DNA from: a virus
Lineage: Duplodnaviria; Heunggongvirae; Uroviricota; Caudoviricetes
Strand: one strand, 5' to 3'
DNA: 64,000 nucleotides
IMG/VR virus record: IMGVR_UViG_3300035208_002606
Shown: piece by piece, positions 1-10,722 of the stretch
Numbering within the stretch: the first letter of the stretch is position 1
Layout of the letters: every line of letters begins with the position of its first letter
The notes under the pieces: model-generated
Database searches by the model: none
Seen by the model: only the letters and a program-made list of their open reading frames with translations
Told to the model about the DNA's origin: nothing
Made by a program: the position numbers and the translations under genes

Positions 1-2
1 CA

Positions 3-431
3 TCTTCTTCCATAACTGAAAATGTATCGAAGGTTTATTTGGCTGCGTGGACAAATGCTGCTGAAGACTTTAAGGGATTTAGTGGAACCATCGCTCTGTG
101 GGAATCATTCACACCGCCGGCAGGATGGGTTCTTTGTGATGGCAATAATGGAACGAAAGACTTGAAAAAACGATTCGTTATTTTTGGCCCAAATGCTTCA
201 GTTGGTCAATATCAAGGGAATGGAACAATTACACTTTCTTCTTCATTAGATAGCAACAATTTCAGCCACACCCATATGAATAAAGACGATTACTTAGCAT
301 CAAGAGTAACGGGAACTGTAAGTAATGTAAATCATGATACTGAATCCGTCCCCCACACCCATACTGTTGACGCGAGTACAGTAGAATTCCTTCCCGATTA
401 TTATTCCTTAGTATTTATACAGAAATTATAA
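3..431 (+). CDS. Tail fibre/baseplate protein with phage tail-collar domain (5' partial)
   Basis: Frame is open from the window edge; GTIALW..PPAGWVLCDGNNGTKDL..RFV collar motif and HTH-HTH Zn-knot-like motifs. Confidence 0.8.
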   Translation, partial: SSSITENVSKVYLAAWTNAAEDFKGFSGTIALWESFTPPAGWVLCDGNNGTKDLKKRFVIFGPNASVGQYQGNGTITLSSSLDSNNFSHTHMNKDDYLASRVTGTVSNVNHDTESVPHTHTVDASTVEFLPDYYSLVFIQKL

Positions 432-455
432 TTCTGATAAATACATTTAGATAAG

Positions 456-776
456 ATGGCACAAGAAACAGAAATTATCCTGAACAATAATCAAGCAGAT
501 TATGCAGATTTATTGACCTTTGATATTTTATCATTCAAAGGAATTCGTATAGATTACAGCGTCAGCAGGGCAGACTTAATTGAACAGGGGGAAATTTATT
601 TGGCATTTAATCGTTTTGGACAAACTCCGCAAATCATAGTAATCAGCAATTTCGATTCTACGGGAGTGAGATTTTGCGCCGACTTAGATAAATCCCGTAT
701 AAGATTAGTATATACAAGCACAAATACAGGGGTTAGGCCCGTGTTGAGATATTCCACCGTATTCTTCCCACTATAA
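456..776 (+). CDS. Hypothetical virion-associated protein
   Basis: ORF in the tail cluster, preceded by the ATAAATA late-promoter motif at 437-443. Confidence 0.55.
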   Translation: MAQETEIILNNNQADYADLLTFDILSFKGIRIDYSVSRADLIEQGEIYLAFNRFGQTPQIIVISNFDSTGVRFCADLDKSRIRLVYTSTNTGVRPVLRYSTVFFPL

Positions 777-779
777 ACC

Positions 780-3700
780 ATGAGCCACAGAATTTATCAA
801 AAACTTACTTCGGGAGCGCAGTCGGGATATTGTGTCGAAAACTTTGCAATAAAAGAAAATGGCGTTTTGTCCGTAGGAGAAGTCAGCGGATACGAAGGAC
901 TACTTTCCGATATCAATGATATCCCCAACTTGGGATACCTGTGGGGAATGAGTGGAAGTTCAGGAATTTTATCAGGGTCGGGATATTCAGGATATATTCC
1001 ACGATGGGAAGGAAGCACCATCCTCGGCATTTCCCACCTTTATGACGATGGGGATAATATCGGTCTTGATACTTTAACCCCTACGGCAAAATTTTCTCAG
1101 AAAACAACGGAAGAATTTGAAACCCCGACAGCAGAATTCGAAAGTTACGGCCCCACTTATAATATTATCGACCATAATAACGACACCACATTTGAAATCC
1201 GTTCTTCGCCAAGTTCATATAATAACACTCTTGTCGGATTAAATGCAGGACTGCATAATTATACAGGCGCGGCAAATACGATATTTGGTGCAAACGCTTT
1301 TTACGAAAATATAAGTGGAGATGCAAATACCGCAATTGGTTCAAATGCTTTAAAAAACAATCAAAGTGGTGGGCAAAATACAGCAATTGGGTGGCAATCT
1401 CTTTTTTATGCAAATACAACGGGATTGACCGCTGTTGGCTCACGGTCTTTATTTTCAAATACAGGTGGGCAATATAATACTGCTGTAGGAACGAAATCTT
1501 TATTCTCCAATACCATCGGGGAAAATAATAGCGCATTGGGGTATTATTCTTTATACTCCGTTGTAAGTGGAATGGATAACACCGCCGTAGGGTCTTACGC
1601 TTTATACTCCAACACAACAGACGGCAATACGGCATTCGGAAGTTATGCCCTATATTCAAATGTGAGTGAGGGAGATAATACCGCAGTAGGAGACCATGCG
1701 TTATATTCCAACACGGCACCAAATAATACCGCACTAGGAAGTTTTTCCCTGTATTCAAATGTGGAGGGAATCGACAATACCGCAGTAGGTAGTTATGCCT
1801 TATATTCAGGGGCTACTGAGTATTCAGTTGATAATACCGCAGTAGGCAGTTATGCCTTATATTCCACCGTAGACGCAAGTTGTTGTACAGCGGTAGGAAG
1901 CATGGCCCTATTTGATAGTATAGCCGAATATAATACCGCAGTTGGGGCTTATGCTTTATATGTCCATGCCGCCCCCGATTGGGGGGAAAATGTTTCCGTG
2001 GGGGATTGGTCGTCTTCCTCTCTTCTAGAAGGAACTCAAAACACAGTAGTCGGTTCTAGTGCTTTTGGAAGTCTAGCGGGGGATGAAAATGTTGCCGTAG
2101 GATATGCGGCTTTACAATCGTGGTTAGCCACATCAATTTCTTATAATACGGCAATAGGGGCATGGGCATTAACAAGTAATCTTGTTGACGAAAATGTTGC
2201 CGTGGGATATTCAGCCCTATCGTCAAATACTGAAGGAATTGAAAATACGGCGGTTGGTACAGATTCCTTATATAATAATACAGGCGGCGTTGAGTCTATT
2301 TATGTTTATGATGGAGGCGACACTTGGGTTGATGTTCAATATGGAAGTTGGAATACAGCACTAGGATATCAATCCCTTTATTCGGGAGTAAGCGGAGTCG
2401 CAAACACAGCGATAGGGGACAAGGCTTTATATAACAATCTTGGGGGATGGACGCATGAGGAAGAACTTGGTACTTATTGGTATTGTACGGGTTCATATAA
2501 TACAGCAGTAGGGCATCAATCTCTTTACTCCAATACTGAAGGATACGACAACTCCGCTTTTGGCGCACTTACATTATACAGTAACACGACAGGACATCAT
2601 AATGTCGCTATCGGGGGAGGTCAAATACTTAGTATTCCATATACTGAGCCGCCAGCATGTCCCGCTCTTTACTCCAACACGACAGGTTATAACAATGTTG
2701 GGGTTGGAAATGGGGCATTGTATTCGAATATTACAGGGTATGGAAATACGGCTGATGGGGCATACGCTTTATTCTCAAATATTAGAGGAAAAGGCAATAC
2801 CGCAACAGGTGGAACTCTTGGCGCAACTCAACTTGATATTTACGGAGATTGGAATACATTTCAAGACCTTCCAAGCCCTTATAATCATGTATATTGTTCC
2901 GCAGAATTTTTAGGAAAATTATATTTCGGAGTGGGTACAGGAAGCAGTACCCCTTATGGTGCAAGGATTTATGTATGGGACGGAACAACTTTTTCTTTAT
3001 CTAAAGATATAGGAGCGGCACAGAGTAGATGTTATGGGATTACTGCTCTTTGTGTACATAATGGAAAATTATATGCTGACGCTAGATATCATCAATATGG
3101 AGATGGCTATCTTTGGGTGACGGAAAATGGAACTGATTGGTCAATAGCGTGGGACCACACTTCTAGTACTTATTACGGTGGAAATCCTCACTTATACTCA
3201 GACGGAACTTATTTATATTTTAATGCAAATAGAGCATCAACGATGCTTTCATATCTTTGGAAGAGTTTAGACGGAATAACTTGGACTGCCGTAGGAACTC
3301 TTACGGGACAATATAATAGTTTAGGATATCAATCAATATGTAAACTTGGTGACGCTATTTATATTGGGGGCAGACCAAGTTGGGGCGGACTTCCTTGTAA
3401 AATTTACAAATATGATGGGTCTTCATTAACAAGTGTTTTTGATGGGCCAACGCCTGATGATTTTTGGTGCTCGTATTATTGGAATGGTAAGGCATGGTTT
3501 GGAACTGAGCATGGAAGAATCTATACTTCCGCAGACGGAGTCAATTGGGATTTGGCTTATTATTTCGGAGATGTTGAACTCCAATATTTCTTTGAATATG
3601 GCGGTAAACTTCTATTAGCGCAGGATGATTTAATTTACGAAACAACCGATGGGGTCATTTGGACTTTATTTTATAATTCCCCCGTAACGAATATTTACAC

Positions 3701-6700
3701 CATATACATTTTTAATGAAGAGTTCTATTTAGGAACAGGCAATGCGGGACAAATTTTAAAATATGAAGTAACTACGGTAGAATCAAGTTATCATTATTCT
3801 CCTCTTTATTCAAATACCATAGGCTCTCTTAATGTCGCAACAGGTACAGGGGCATTATACACAAATAACACAGGATATTATAATACGGCACTAGGAGCAT
3901 TTGCTTTATTCTCTAGTGAAACTTCCTATTATAATACAGCCGTAGGTGCTTACTCCCTTTTTAATAATTTAACAAGTCCAAACACAGCAGTCGGATACAA
4001 ATCCCTTTATTCAAATCTTACAGGATACAATAACACGGCCTTGGGTCATTTGTCTTTATATTACAATACCACAGGATACAAAAATACGGCTACAGGCACA
4101 AACAGTCTACTTTCAAATTCTAGCGGATATAATAATACAGCAAATGGATATGGCACTCTCTACAATAATCTTGACGGATACTGCAATACTGCAATCGGGG
4201 ACGAATCGCTTTATGCCAATGTCTCAGGTTGGGAAAATACAGCCGTGGGTTGTCATGCCCTTTATCAATCTTCAGGATATTCAAATACGGCAATCGGCGT
4301 AAATGCGGGACGTAGCCTAACAACGGGAAGTGAGAATACTTTCCTTGGTCCTGCGGCAGGATATCATGACGAACAAAAAGTCGATGCCGAAAATTCTATT
4401 GCCTTGGGATACAACTCCTTTAGTTGGCAGGATAATCAGGCCGTCCTAGGAAACTCAGGAACCTCCGAAACCATCCTTTACGGACATCTCGGTATTGCAA
4501 CTGAAGCACCTGACCCGTGCGCCGCTGTAGATTTGGGGGCAACAGATGGCGGCTTGTTAATCAATCGTTTAGACACAACGGCTCGTGATGCTCTCACCCC
4601 TGTCAACGGCCTCATCATCTACAACATTACTGACCAACAATTTCAGCAGTATGCCAACGGCGTTTGGATTCCTGTACTTTCTTATCTTTCCACAGGTATT
4701 TTTTCTTTCGATGGACTGAGTAAAAATACTTCCGACCCAAGCGTCAACGATAAATTCGATGTCGGCGCAATTGAAGGGTGGATTGTTGACAACACTACCG
4801 ACCCTAGTGCGCCTGTCGTGCAGTACATCGTGTATCCGGGTTCATTGGACGATACTCCTGGCGGGATAGAAATCACCAATATCCTGACCCACCCCGTAAC
4901 TTATGTGGGTATTCAGGGGGATTCGACTGCTGATATCGTTCAACAGACGACACCGTTCACCGAAGCACAACAACGAGATATTATTAAACTCGGTGTTATT
5001 GTCCACAGCGACAATGCAAGCGTTGTCACTACGAACAATCAGACGGTTTCAATGTACGATGCCATCCCGCAATTTAACGACTTGGCTGGAGCATTGAGAA
5101 AATTCAATATTCCTATTCGTCCTATGGGCAATCATTTCTCCGCAATCGGAGGATTGGAAGTCGCAAGGTCGGCGGGAAAAATATTCTCGCTCGGAAGCAA
5201 TTATCAAACCGACCCAAAAAACCCGCACGTTAAATCCATCGCCGCCGAATCGCCAGTAACATTCCGATACCGCCTGCAAGACTCTACAGAGTACGGCAAC
5301 ACGACAGATGTAGACCCCGATTATTACGATGACGCAGGGGTAAAAACCGCTGTGCCTCTATTTAAGTTCACGGTACAAAGGGCTTGTATCTTTGAATCGG
5401 GATTGAGCCGATGGCAGTATGGTCAAAAAATTTACGACAATATTGACGATGCCGAAGCACAAATTCCTGAAACGGTAGACGAATTTATTGTGGAGGATAA
5501 TTTAGACGCAAACGGAATTCTCTGCTCGTTTGTCATCGTTCGTCAGGGCTGTACAGACCTGACTGACCCGTTGCAATGTAAAATCGTTCCTGCGGGACGA
5601 TGGGGATATGCGAGAGAAACCATTCCGGGCCAAACCCATCGAACAGAAATTGTCAACAATCTTTCCACAGGTTTGAGACACGGCGGCGCACTTTCAGGAT
5701 GGGCAGGAACCGACAGTTTTTCCGTCGAAGCGGGTTGCGGCCTCATCATCGACAATTCAACAGACCCTCACAATCCAACATTCACCGAAGTTCTTTGGGA
5801 CGGATATTCAGGAGTTGTAGACGATTTGGGAACCGTAACAGGAAATCCGGCAACTCACATCTTTATTGACGAGACGGGAGCGGTTGTACAAAAATCATTC
5901 ATTATTGACCCGCCGACTCCTGAATACAAAAGAGAACATATCTATCTTGGTCTTTTGGGACACAGTATTCATACGTCCGTAACCTCTATCTTTAATACAC
6001 CGATTACTTTCGTCTCCCCGATGAATAACTTGGAAGACTTGGCTTCTGCAATCGGGTTATTCAGTTTATCAGGAAATATTGTAAATTACGGAACGGAAGC
6101 GATGGAGTTGTCGAAAACTTCAGGATATGCCTATATGTTCGGGTCGAACTTTCAGAGCAATCCAGACAGTCCTTCGAGAATTGAAACCATCGCCGTTGAC
6201 GGACAGTACACTCCTGCATCGTTGCTGATTTATTCGCACGGTACGGGATTTATTAACCCAAGCACGTTCGTTATTGATGCGGCTCAATATGACCCTGCGG
6301 GGGCAGGAATACTTTCTGCACTGGGGCCGAATAAATGGCAGATTGCGAGAATTTGGCATATGGCCTCCCCGAACTTCCTTGTCTATCAATACGGACAAAC
6401 GGAATACGCAAATTACAATGACGCTATTGCCGCTGTAGGAACTGAGACTTCTTTCGTCAATACACCAAGTCTCGAAGGTATTGCTTATCTTTCATCGTTA
6501 CTTCTTGTCAGAGGCGGGGCGGCAGATTTGTCCAATCCTGCGGATGCCAAGTTCATTCCTGTTGGTAAATTTGGAGGGGGTGGAGGAGCAGGCGGCGCAG
6601 GAGAATCGGGATATTCGGGATATGGCGAAAGTGGATGGAGCGGGTATTCAGGATATTCGGGATACGGGGAAAGTGGGTATTCAGGATACTCAGGATATGG

Positions 6701-7148
6701 AGAGAGTGGGTATTCGGGATATTCGGGATATGGAGAGAGTGGGTATTCGGGATATTCAGGTATTGCAGGAGCCTATGACGCATCAGGCTTCAGCGGGTAT
6801 TCAGGCCCGTCAGGATGGAGTGGATATTCTTCCGACAGCGGGTGGAGTGGGTATTCAGGCGAGTCAGGATATTCAGGATACGGCGAAAGTGGATGGAGCG
6901 GGTATTCAGGATACGGAGAGAGTGGATGGAGCGGGTATTCAGGCGAGTCAGGATGGAGTGGATATTCTTCCGACAGCGGTTGGAGTGGATATTCAGGCCC
7001 GTCAGGATGGAGTGGATATTCTTCCGACAGCGGGTGGAGTGGGTATTCAGGCGAGTCAGGATATTCAGGGTATGGAGAAAGTGGGTATTCAGGATATTCG
7101 GGCGGTGGTGGTGGTATTACATTTGATGATTTAAAGAAATATTTTTAG
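780..7148 (+). CDS. Giant tail fibre/adhesin (2122 aa) with NTAVG beta-roll repeats, an inserted beta-propeller-like module, a duplicated ~310 aa domain and a C-terminal SGYSG repeat
   Basis: Dozens of N(T/V)A(V/I/L)G..(A/S)L..N repeats, Trp/Asp-box-like segment, Gly-Ser-Tyr repeat tail, tail-cluster context. Confidence 0.8.
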   Translation: MSHRIYQKLTSGAQSGYCVENFAIKENGVLSVGEVSGYEGLLSDINDIPNLGYLWGMSGSSGILSGSGYSGYIPRWEGSTILGISHLYDDGDNIGLDTLTPTAKFSQKTTEEFETPTAEFESYGPTYNIIDHNNDTTFEIRSSPSSYNNTLVGLNAGLHNYTGAANTIFGANAFYENISGDANTAIGSNALKNNQSGGQNTAIGWQSLFYANTTGLTAVGSRSLFSNTGGQYNTAVGTKSLFSNTIGENNSALGYYSLYSVVSGMDNTAVGSYALYSNTTDGNTAFGSYALYSNVSEGDNTAVGDHALYSNTAPNNTALGSFSLYSNVEGIDNTAVGSYALYSGATEYSVDNTAVGSYALYSTVDASCCTAVGSMALFDSIAEYNTAVGAYALYVHAAPDWGENVSVGDWSSSSLLEGTQNTVVGSSAFGSLAGDENVAVGYAALQSWLATSISYNTAIGAWALTSNLVDENVAVGYSALSSNTEGIENTAVGTDSLYNNTGGVESIYVYDGGDTWVDVQYGSWNTALGYQSLYSGVSGVANTAIGDKALYNNLGGWTHEEELGTYWYCTGSYNTAVGHQSLYSNTEGYDNSAFGALTLYSNTTGHHNVAIGGGQILSIPYTEPPACPALYSNTTGYNNVGVGNGALYSNITGYGNTADGAYALFSNIRGKGNTATGGTLGATQLDIYGDWNTFQDLPSPYNHVYCSAEFLGKLYFGVGTGSSTPYGARIYVWDGTTFSLSKDIGAAQSRCYGITALCVHNGKLYADARYHQYGDGYLWVTENGTDWSIAWDHTSSTYYGGNPHLYSDGTYLYFNANRASTMLSYLWKSLDGITWTAVGTLTGQYNSLGYQSICKLGDAIYIGGRPSWGGLPCKIYKYDGSSLTSVFDGPTPDDFWCSYYWNGKAWFGTEHGRIYTSADGVNWDLAYYFGDVELQYFFEYGGKLLLAQDDLIYETTDGVIWTLFYNSPVTNIYTIYIFNEEFYLGTGNAGQILKYEVTTVESSYHYSPLYSNTIGSLNVATGTGALYTNNTGYYNTALGAFALFSSETSYYNTAVGAYSLFNNLTSPNTAVGYKSLYSNLTGYNNTALGHLSLYYNTTGYKNTATGTNSLLSNSSGYNNTANGYGTLYNNLDGYCNTAIGDESLYANVSGWENTAVGCHALYQSSGYSNTAIGVNAGRSLTTGSENTFLGPAAGYHDEQKVDAENSIALGYNSFSWQDNQAVLGNSGTSETILYGHLGIATEAPDPCAAVDLGATDGGLLINRLDTTARDALTPVNGLIIYNITDQQFQQYANGVWIPVLSYLSTGIFSFDGLSKNTSDPSVNDKFDVGAIEGWIVDNTTDPSAPVVQYIVYPGSLDDTPGGIEITNILTHPVTYVGIQGDSTADIVQQTTPFTEAQQRDIIKLGVIVHSDNASVVTTNNQTVSMYDAIPQFNDLAGALRKFNIPIRPMGNHFSAIGGLEVARSAGKIFSLGSNYQTDPKNPHVKSIAAESPVTFRYRLQDSTEYGNTTDVDPDYYDDAGVKTAVPLFKFTVQRACIFESGLSRWQYGQKIYDNIDDAEAQIPETVDEFIVEDNLDANGILCSFVIVRQGCTDLTDPLQCKIVPAGRWGYARETIPGQTHRTEIVNNLSTGLRHGGALSGWAGTDSFSVEAGCGLIIDNSTDPHNPTFTEVLWDGYSGVVDDLGTVTGNPATHIFIDETGAVVQKSFIIDPPTPEYKREHIYLGLLGHSIHTSVTSIFNTPITFVSPMNNLEDLASAIGLFSLSGNIVNYGTEAMELSKTSGYAYMFGSNFQSNPDSPSRIETIAVDGQYTPASLLIYSHGTGFINPSTFVIDAAQYDPAGAGILSALGPNKWQIARIWHMASPNFLVYQYGQTEYANYNDAIAAVGTETSFVNTPSLEGIAYLSSLLLVRGGAADLSNPADAKFIPVGKFGGGGGAGGAGESGYSGYGESGWSGYSGYSGYGESGYSGYSGYGESGYSGYSGYGESGYSGYSGIAGAYDASGFSGYSGPSGWSGYSSDSGWSGYSGESGYSGYGESGWSGYSGYGESGWSGYSGESGWSGYSSDSGWSGYSGPSGWSGYSSDSGWSGYSGESGYSGYGESGYSGYSGGGGGITFDDLKKYF
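6598..7101 (+). repeat. Coding tandem repeat GESGYSGYSGY / SGWSGYS
   Basis: Repeated ggatattcagg / ggatggagtgg units, including an ~80 nt near-exact duplication. Confidence 0.9.
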
Positions 7149-7157
7149 GAGGAACAA

Positions 7158-7517
7158 ATGGCATACGATTGGACAAGACTTTGTGAAATTACTACTTTAA
7201 CAACATCTGCTGCAACTTATTATACACATAATGATGCATATAGTTCAAAGAGTTATGTAAAATTAATTGTTTTACATAATACTAGTGCTATAGATGTTGT
7301 TGTTCAATTATGGTTAGTTCCAGATGATGTATATGGAAGTGCAGGAACTGCTGCTGATGCAAATCAATTCTTTAAACAAGCAATTCCTGCTGGAAGAACA
7401 GTTGATATCAATTTTGAACAACCAGGATTAATAATGATTGATGATAATGAAACTATTCAAGCAATGGCAGAATATGCAGATGTAATTACAATGCAAATTA
7501 TGGGGGCTACTGAATGA
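7158..7517 (+). CDS. Hypothetical tail-fibre-associated (adapter-like) protein
   Basis: AGGAGG RBS, directly after the fibre gene, beta-rich 119 aa. Confidence 0.55.
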   Translation: MAYDWTRLCEITTLTTSAATYYTHNDAYSSKSYVKLIVLHNTSAIDVVVQLWLVPDDVYGSAGTAADANQFFKQAIPAGRTVDINFEQPGLIMIDDNETIQAMAEYADVITMQIMGATE

Positions 7518-8527
7518 TTCAATCTTCTATTGGAAAAATTCTTGGAGTAACTTTTCCTTCTGGTAGTCAAATTTATTATACTCAACCTTATGCAAATGTT
7601 TTTGGAGCAAGGTGTTCTTATAATACTTTGAACATATCTCCTGCATCTTTATATAATGGAGTAATTCATATTTGGTCGGGTTATCCTGATACAACTAATA
7701 GATATGCAAAATATGATATAGCAACAAATACTTGGTCTTATGTTACAATGCCTAGTACAAAAGCTCATTATCGATATGGGCATGGAGGAGGAATAATTGG
7801 AGATTATTTTTATATTTTTGGAGGAAGATATAGTACAACTTACTACAATGATACTTGGAGATATGATATTGCTGCAAATACTTGGTTAAATATGTCGCCT
7901 GCATCTCCTCCTACAGGTAGATATATGATAGATAAACAAAGTGTAGTCTACGATGAAAAATTATATGTATTGGGAGGGAGAGATGCTGCTAGCGCAGATT
8001 TAGTAGAATTTTGGGTTTATGACCCTTCTGCAAATACTTGGACATCTTTAGCAGCACCTTCTATTGTATACATAGCTGGTTCAATAACGGCATATAATGG
8101 AAAAATTTATTATTTAAGAGGAAATGCTTCACCTACAGTAAGAAATCTTTTTTATTGTTATGACATTGCTACAAATACATGGGACGAAACCTCTTTAGAA
8201 GATTGTCCTACAAAATTATATTATCAAAATCTTGTTAGTTTAGATGATGGAAATCTTATAGCAGTTGCAGGATATACAACTGTTCCTAGCGCAGGTTCGC
8301 AGCCATATAGTTATGGTTGTGATTTAGTAATTTATAATATTAAAACTAATAAATGGAGATTTGGTGCAGTAACAAGTGAAAATAGATATAATACAGTAAG
8401 AGCAGTTGCATATAAAGGACAAGTATATGTTTATGGTGGAATAGAAGGAAGTGGAGCATATCAATATGAAATGATGGTATATCCAAATCCTTTGGGACCT
8501 AGATATATTGTTAGAGAGGAGTATTAA
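7514..8527 (+). CDS. Kelch-repeat beta-propeller protein
   Basis: Repeated (Y/F)IFGG...YD(I/P)..NTW Kelch signatures. Confidence 0.9.
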   Translation: MIQSSIGKILGVTFPSGSQIYYTQPYANVFGARCSYNTLNISPASLYNGVIHIWSGYPDTTNRYAKYDIATNTWSYVTMPSTKAHYRYGHGGGIIGDYFYIFGGRYSTTYYNDTWRYDIAANTWLNMSPASPPTGRYMIDKQSVVYDEKLYVLGGRDAASADLVEFWVYDPSANTWTSLAAPSIVYIAGSITAYNGKIYYLRGNASPTVRNLFYCYDIATNTWDETSLEDCPTKLYYQNLVSLDDGNLIAVAGYTTVPSAGSQPYSYGCDLVIYNIKTNKWRFGAVTSENRYNTVRAVAYKGQVYVYGGIEGSGAYQYEMMVYPNPLGPRYIVREEY

Positions 8528-9622
8528 ATGGGAATAAAAATCTTAGGAATAAATGAAGTTGGGCATCAATCTGTAGATGATAATAGTAGTGTACCGTATG
8601 TATTTGTAAAAAGACCTACATCAACTCCTACATATAGTGTATATTTGCCTTCTGCTGGGTGTGTTAATATGCAATATTTTTATCAAGCTGCATTTTGTCA
8701 AGTAGGGAATATACTTTATATTTTCAGTGGTTATGATAGTTCTGTCTCATCAGAAACTTTTAAACAAAGACTGATTGTTGTTCATTTAGATACATGGAAA
8801 GTTTATGAAGAAGAAGGAATGACTAATACTCCTTCAGCACGAGCAGAGGCTACAATGGGGCATATTGATGGAAAATTATATGTTGTAGGTGGTACAACGG
8901 CATCTGCATCAGTAAACGAAGTTTGGGAATATGACATAGCAACAAAAGTTTGGACTGAATTATCATCAACAGACCCATTTCCTTCAACAACTTCTTTTAC
9001 AAACTCTTCAAGAATTGCTCATGCTTATAATAATAAATTATATTTTTCATGCGGGTCTGTTGATGGTTCTCTTTCTAATGGAATTTGGTCATTCGACCCA
9101 TTTGCAGAAGCTGGTTCAAAATGGACAACATTAACTCCTAATGCATCTGTAACTGCAAGAATTTATTACGGTCTTGCAATTTATGAAGATAAACTTTATA
9201 TTATAGGTGGAAGAAATGCTACAGGAACGACTTCGCCTGAAGCTTCAGTTTGGATGTATGACATAACTAATGATACTTGGACACGAAAAGCAAATCTTGT
9301 AGGATGGAATTCAAATTTATCTACTACTGGCGGAGTTATGTATCATAATGCTTGGACTATTGGAAAGAAAATTTATGTACATGATGGATTTACATATGAA
9401 AATAATTATAATAGATGGGTAGAAGAATATGATGTTATTAGTAATACGTGGACAAGAAAAGGCCCTACTAGACAAGATAGATATTTATGTGCTTCAGCTG
9501 TTTATAATGGAAGCATTTATACTTTAGCAGGTAAAGGATATAGTGCAACTACAACAGGTCATAGTGCACATGAATTGATATATAATCCTGGACTTGGAAG
9601 AATTTTACTTGCAGAAGTTTAA
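8528..9622 (+). CDS. Kelch-repeat beta-propeller protein
   Basis: LYVVGG, YDIATKVW, LYIIGG, YDITNDTW repeats. Confidence 0.9.
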   Translation: MGIKILGINEVGHQSVDDNSSVPYVFVKRPTSTPTYSVYLPSAGCVNMQYFYQAAFCQVGNILYIFSGYDSSVSSETFKQRLIVVHLDTWKVYEEEGMTNTPSARAEATMGHIDGKLYVVGGTTASASVNEVWEYDIATKVWTELSSTDPFPSTTSFTNSSRIAHAYNNKLYFSCGSVDGSLSNGIWSFDPFAEAGSKWTTLTPNASVTARIYYGLAIYEDKLYIIGGRNATGTTSPEASVWMYDITNDTWTRKANLVGWNSNLSTTGGVMYHNAWTIGKKIYVHDGFTYENNYNRWVEEYDVISNTWTRKGPTRQDRYLCASAVYNGSIYTLAGKGYSATTTGHSAHELIYNPGLGRILLAEV

Positions 9623-9692
9623 AAGCAAAAACAAACAAAGATTGTAAACTAAATTTTTTTAAAAATATATTATAATAAAATAGAGGTAAATT

Positions 9693-9971
9693 ATGAATAC
9701 AACATTGGCAATTTGCATGATAGTAAAAAATGAAGAACAAATGATAGGAGATTGTTTACATTTACAAAGAAATGCAAGTGATGTTTGGTGGGGATGGGTA
9801 AATTTTACAGGTGGTAAAAATACATGGTTTGAATGTGGTAGTATGACAAAATCAGTTTCTATTGAAAAAATTGTCGTTAGTTGTGGAATGGGAACTACAT
9901 CGGGACAAAGTGCTTTTACAGGAAGTCCAGGTGGCATAGATTGGATAAGAAAAGATTGGATAACGCTCTAA
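9693..9971 (+). pseudogene. Chimeric remnant: GT2 glycosyltransferase N-terminus fused to unrelated sequence
   Basis: LAICMIVKNEEQMIGDCL is a canonical GT2 start, but the ORF is only 92 aa and has no DxD. Confidence 0.55.
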
Positions 9972-10004
9972 ACAATAAATACATATAGATGAGAATAACC
10001 ACAC

Positions 10005-10721
10005 ATGGCTAAGAAAAAAGAAATAATTTACGGTTTTATTTACTTTTTTGATATTAATGAAAAAAAATATGTGGGGCAAGCCGTAAATTTAAAAAGAAGA
10101 TTTAAGACTCATTTTAAAGAAAAAAGAAGAAATCTTTATTTTCATAATTCTTTAAGAAAATATTTTTTTAATTCTGAAAATTGTTTTAAAATCTTAGAAA
10201 CTTGGAAGAAAAATGAAAGACCTTTGGGGGAATTTAAAAAATTATTAAACAGTAGAGAAATATTTTGGATAAAAAAATTAAACACTTATGACCCCGAACA
10301 AAAGAAAGGTTGGAATTTAACAAAAGGTGGGGGTGGGATTTTAGGGTCAACGTCATTAAAAGGAAAAGTTCCTTGGAATAAGGGAAAAATAGGACTACAA
10401 AAAGCGTGGAATAAAGGAATTATTCTTTCTGAAAAACAAAAAGAAAATATGTCAGGAGAAAAAAATCACAATTTTGGAAAACCTGCTTGGAATAGAGGTA
10501 TACCCCAAAGTAAAGAAGCAAAAATAAAAAACTCAAAGGCACATCAGGGGGAAAAACATCCTAGAGTAAAATTAACAGAGAGTAAAATACAAGAAATTAA
10601 AAAAAGCAGTTTAACACAAAAAAAATTAGCCGAAATTTATAAAGTAGATAGAACCACTATTGGGTATGTGAAAAATGGTAAAAGTTGGAAGCATTTAAAC
10701 ATAAATAGATTAGAGGGTTAA
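10005..10721 (+). CDS. GIY-YIG homing endonuclease (Seg-like) with NUMOD3-type repeats and a C-terminal HTH
   Basis: GFIY..YVGQA, REIFWI, GWNLTKGG, PWNKG repeats. Confidence 0.85.
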   Translation: MAKKKEIIYGFIYFFDINEKKYVGQAVNLKRRFKTHFKEKRRNLYFHNSLRKYFFNSENCFKILETWKKNERPLGEFKKLLNSREIFWIKKLNTYDPEQKKGWNLTKGGGGILGSTSLKGKVPWNKGKIGLQKAWNKGIILSEKQKENMSGEKNHNFGKPAWNRGIPQSKEAKIKNSKAHQGEKHPRVKLTESKIQEIKKSSLTQKKLAEIYKVDRTTIGYVKNGKSWKHLNINRLEG

Positions 10722-10722
10722 A

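Noticed and set aside
6481-7134. Alternative-frame repeat ORFs (217 aa and 103 aa)
   Set aside because: They are by-products of the stop-poor SGYSG repeat in the fibre gene
780-9622. Diversity-generating retroelement acting on the fibre
   Set aside because: No reverse transcriptase and no adenine-specific TR/VR pair seen in the window
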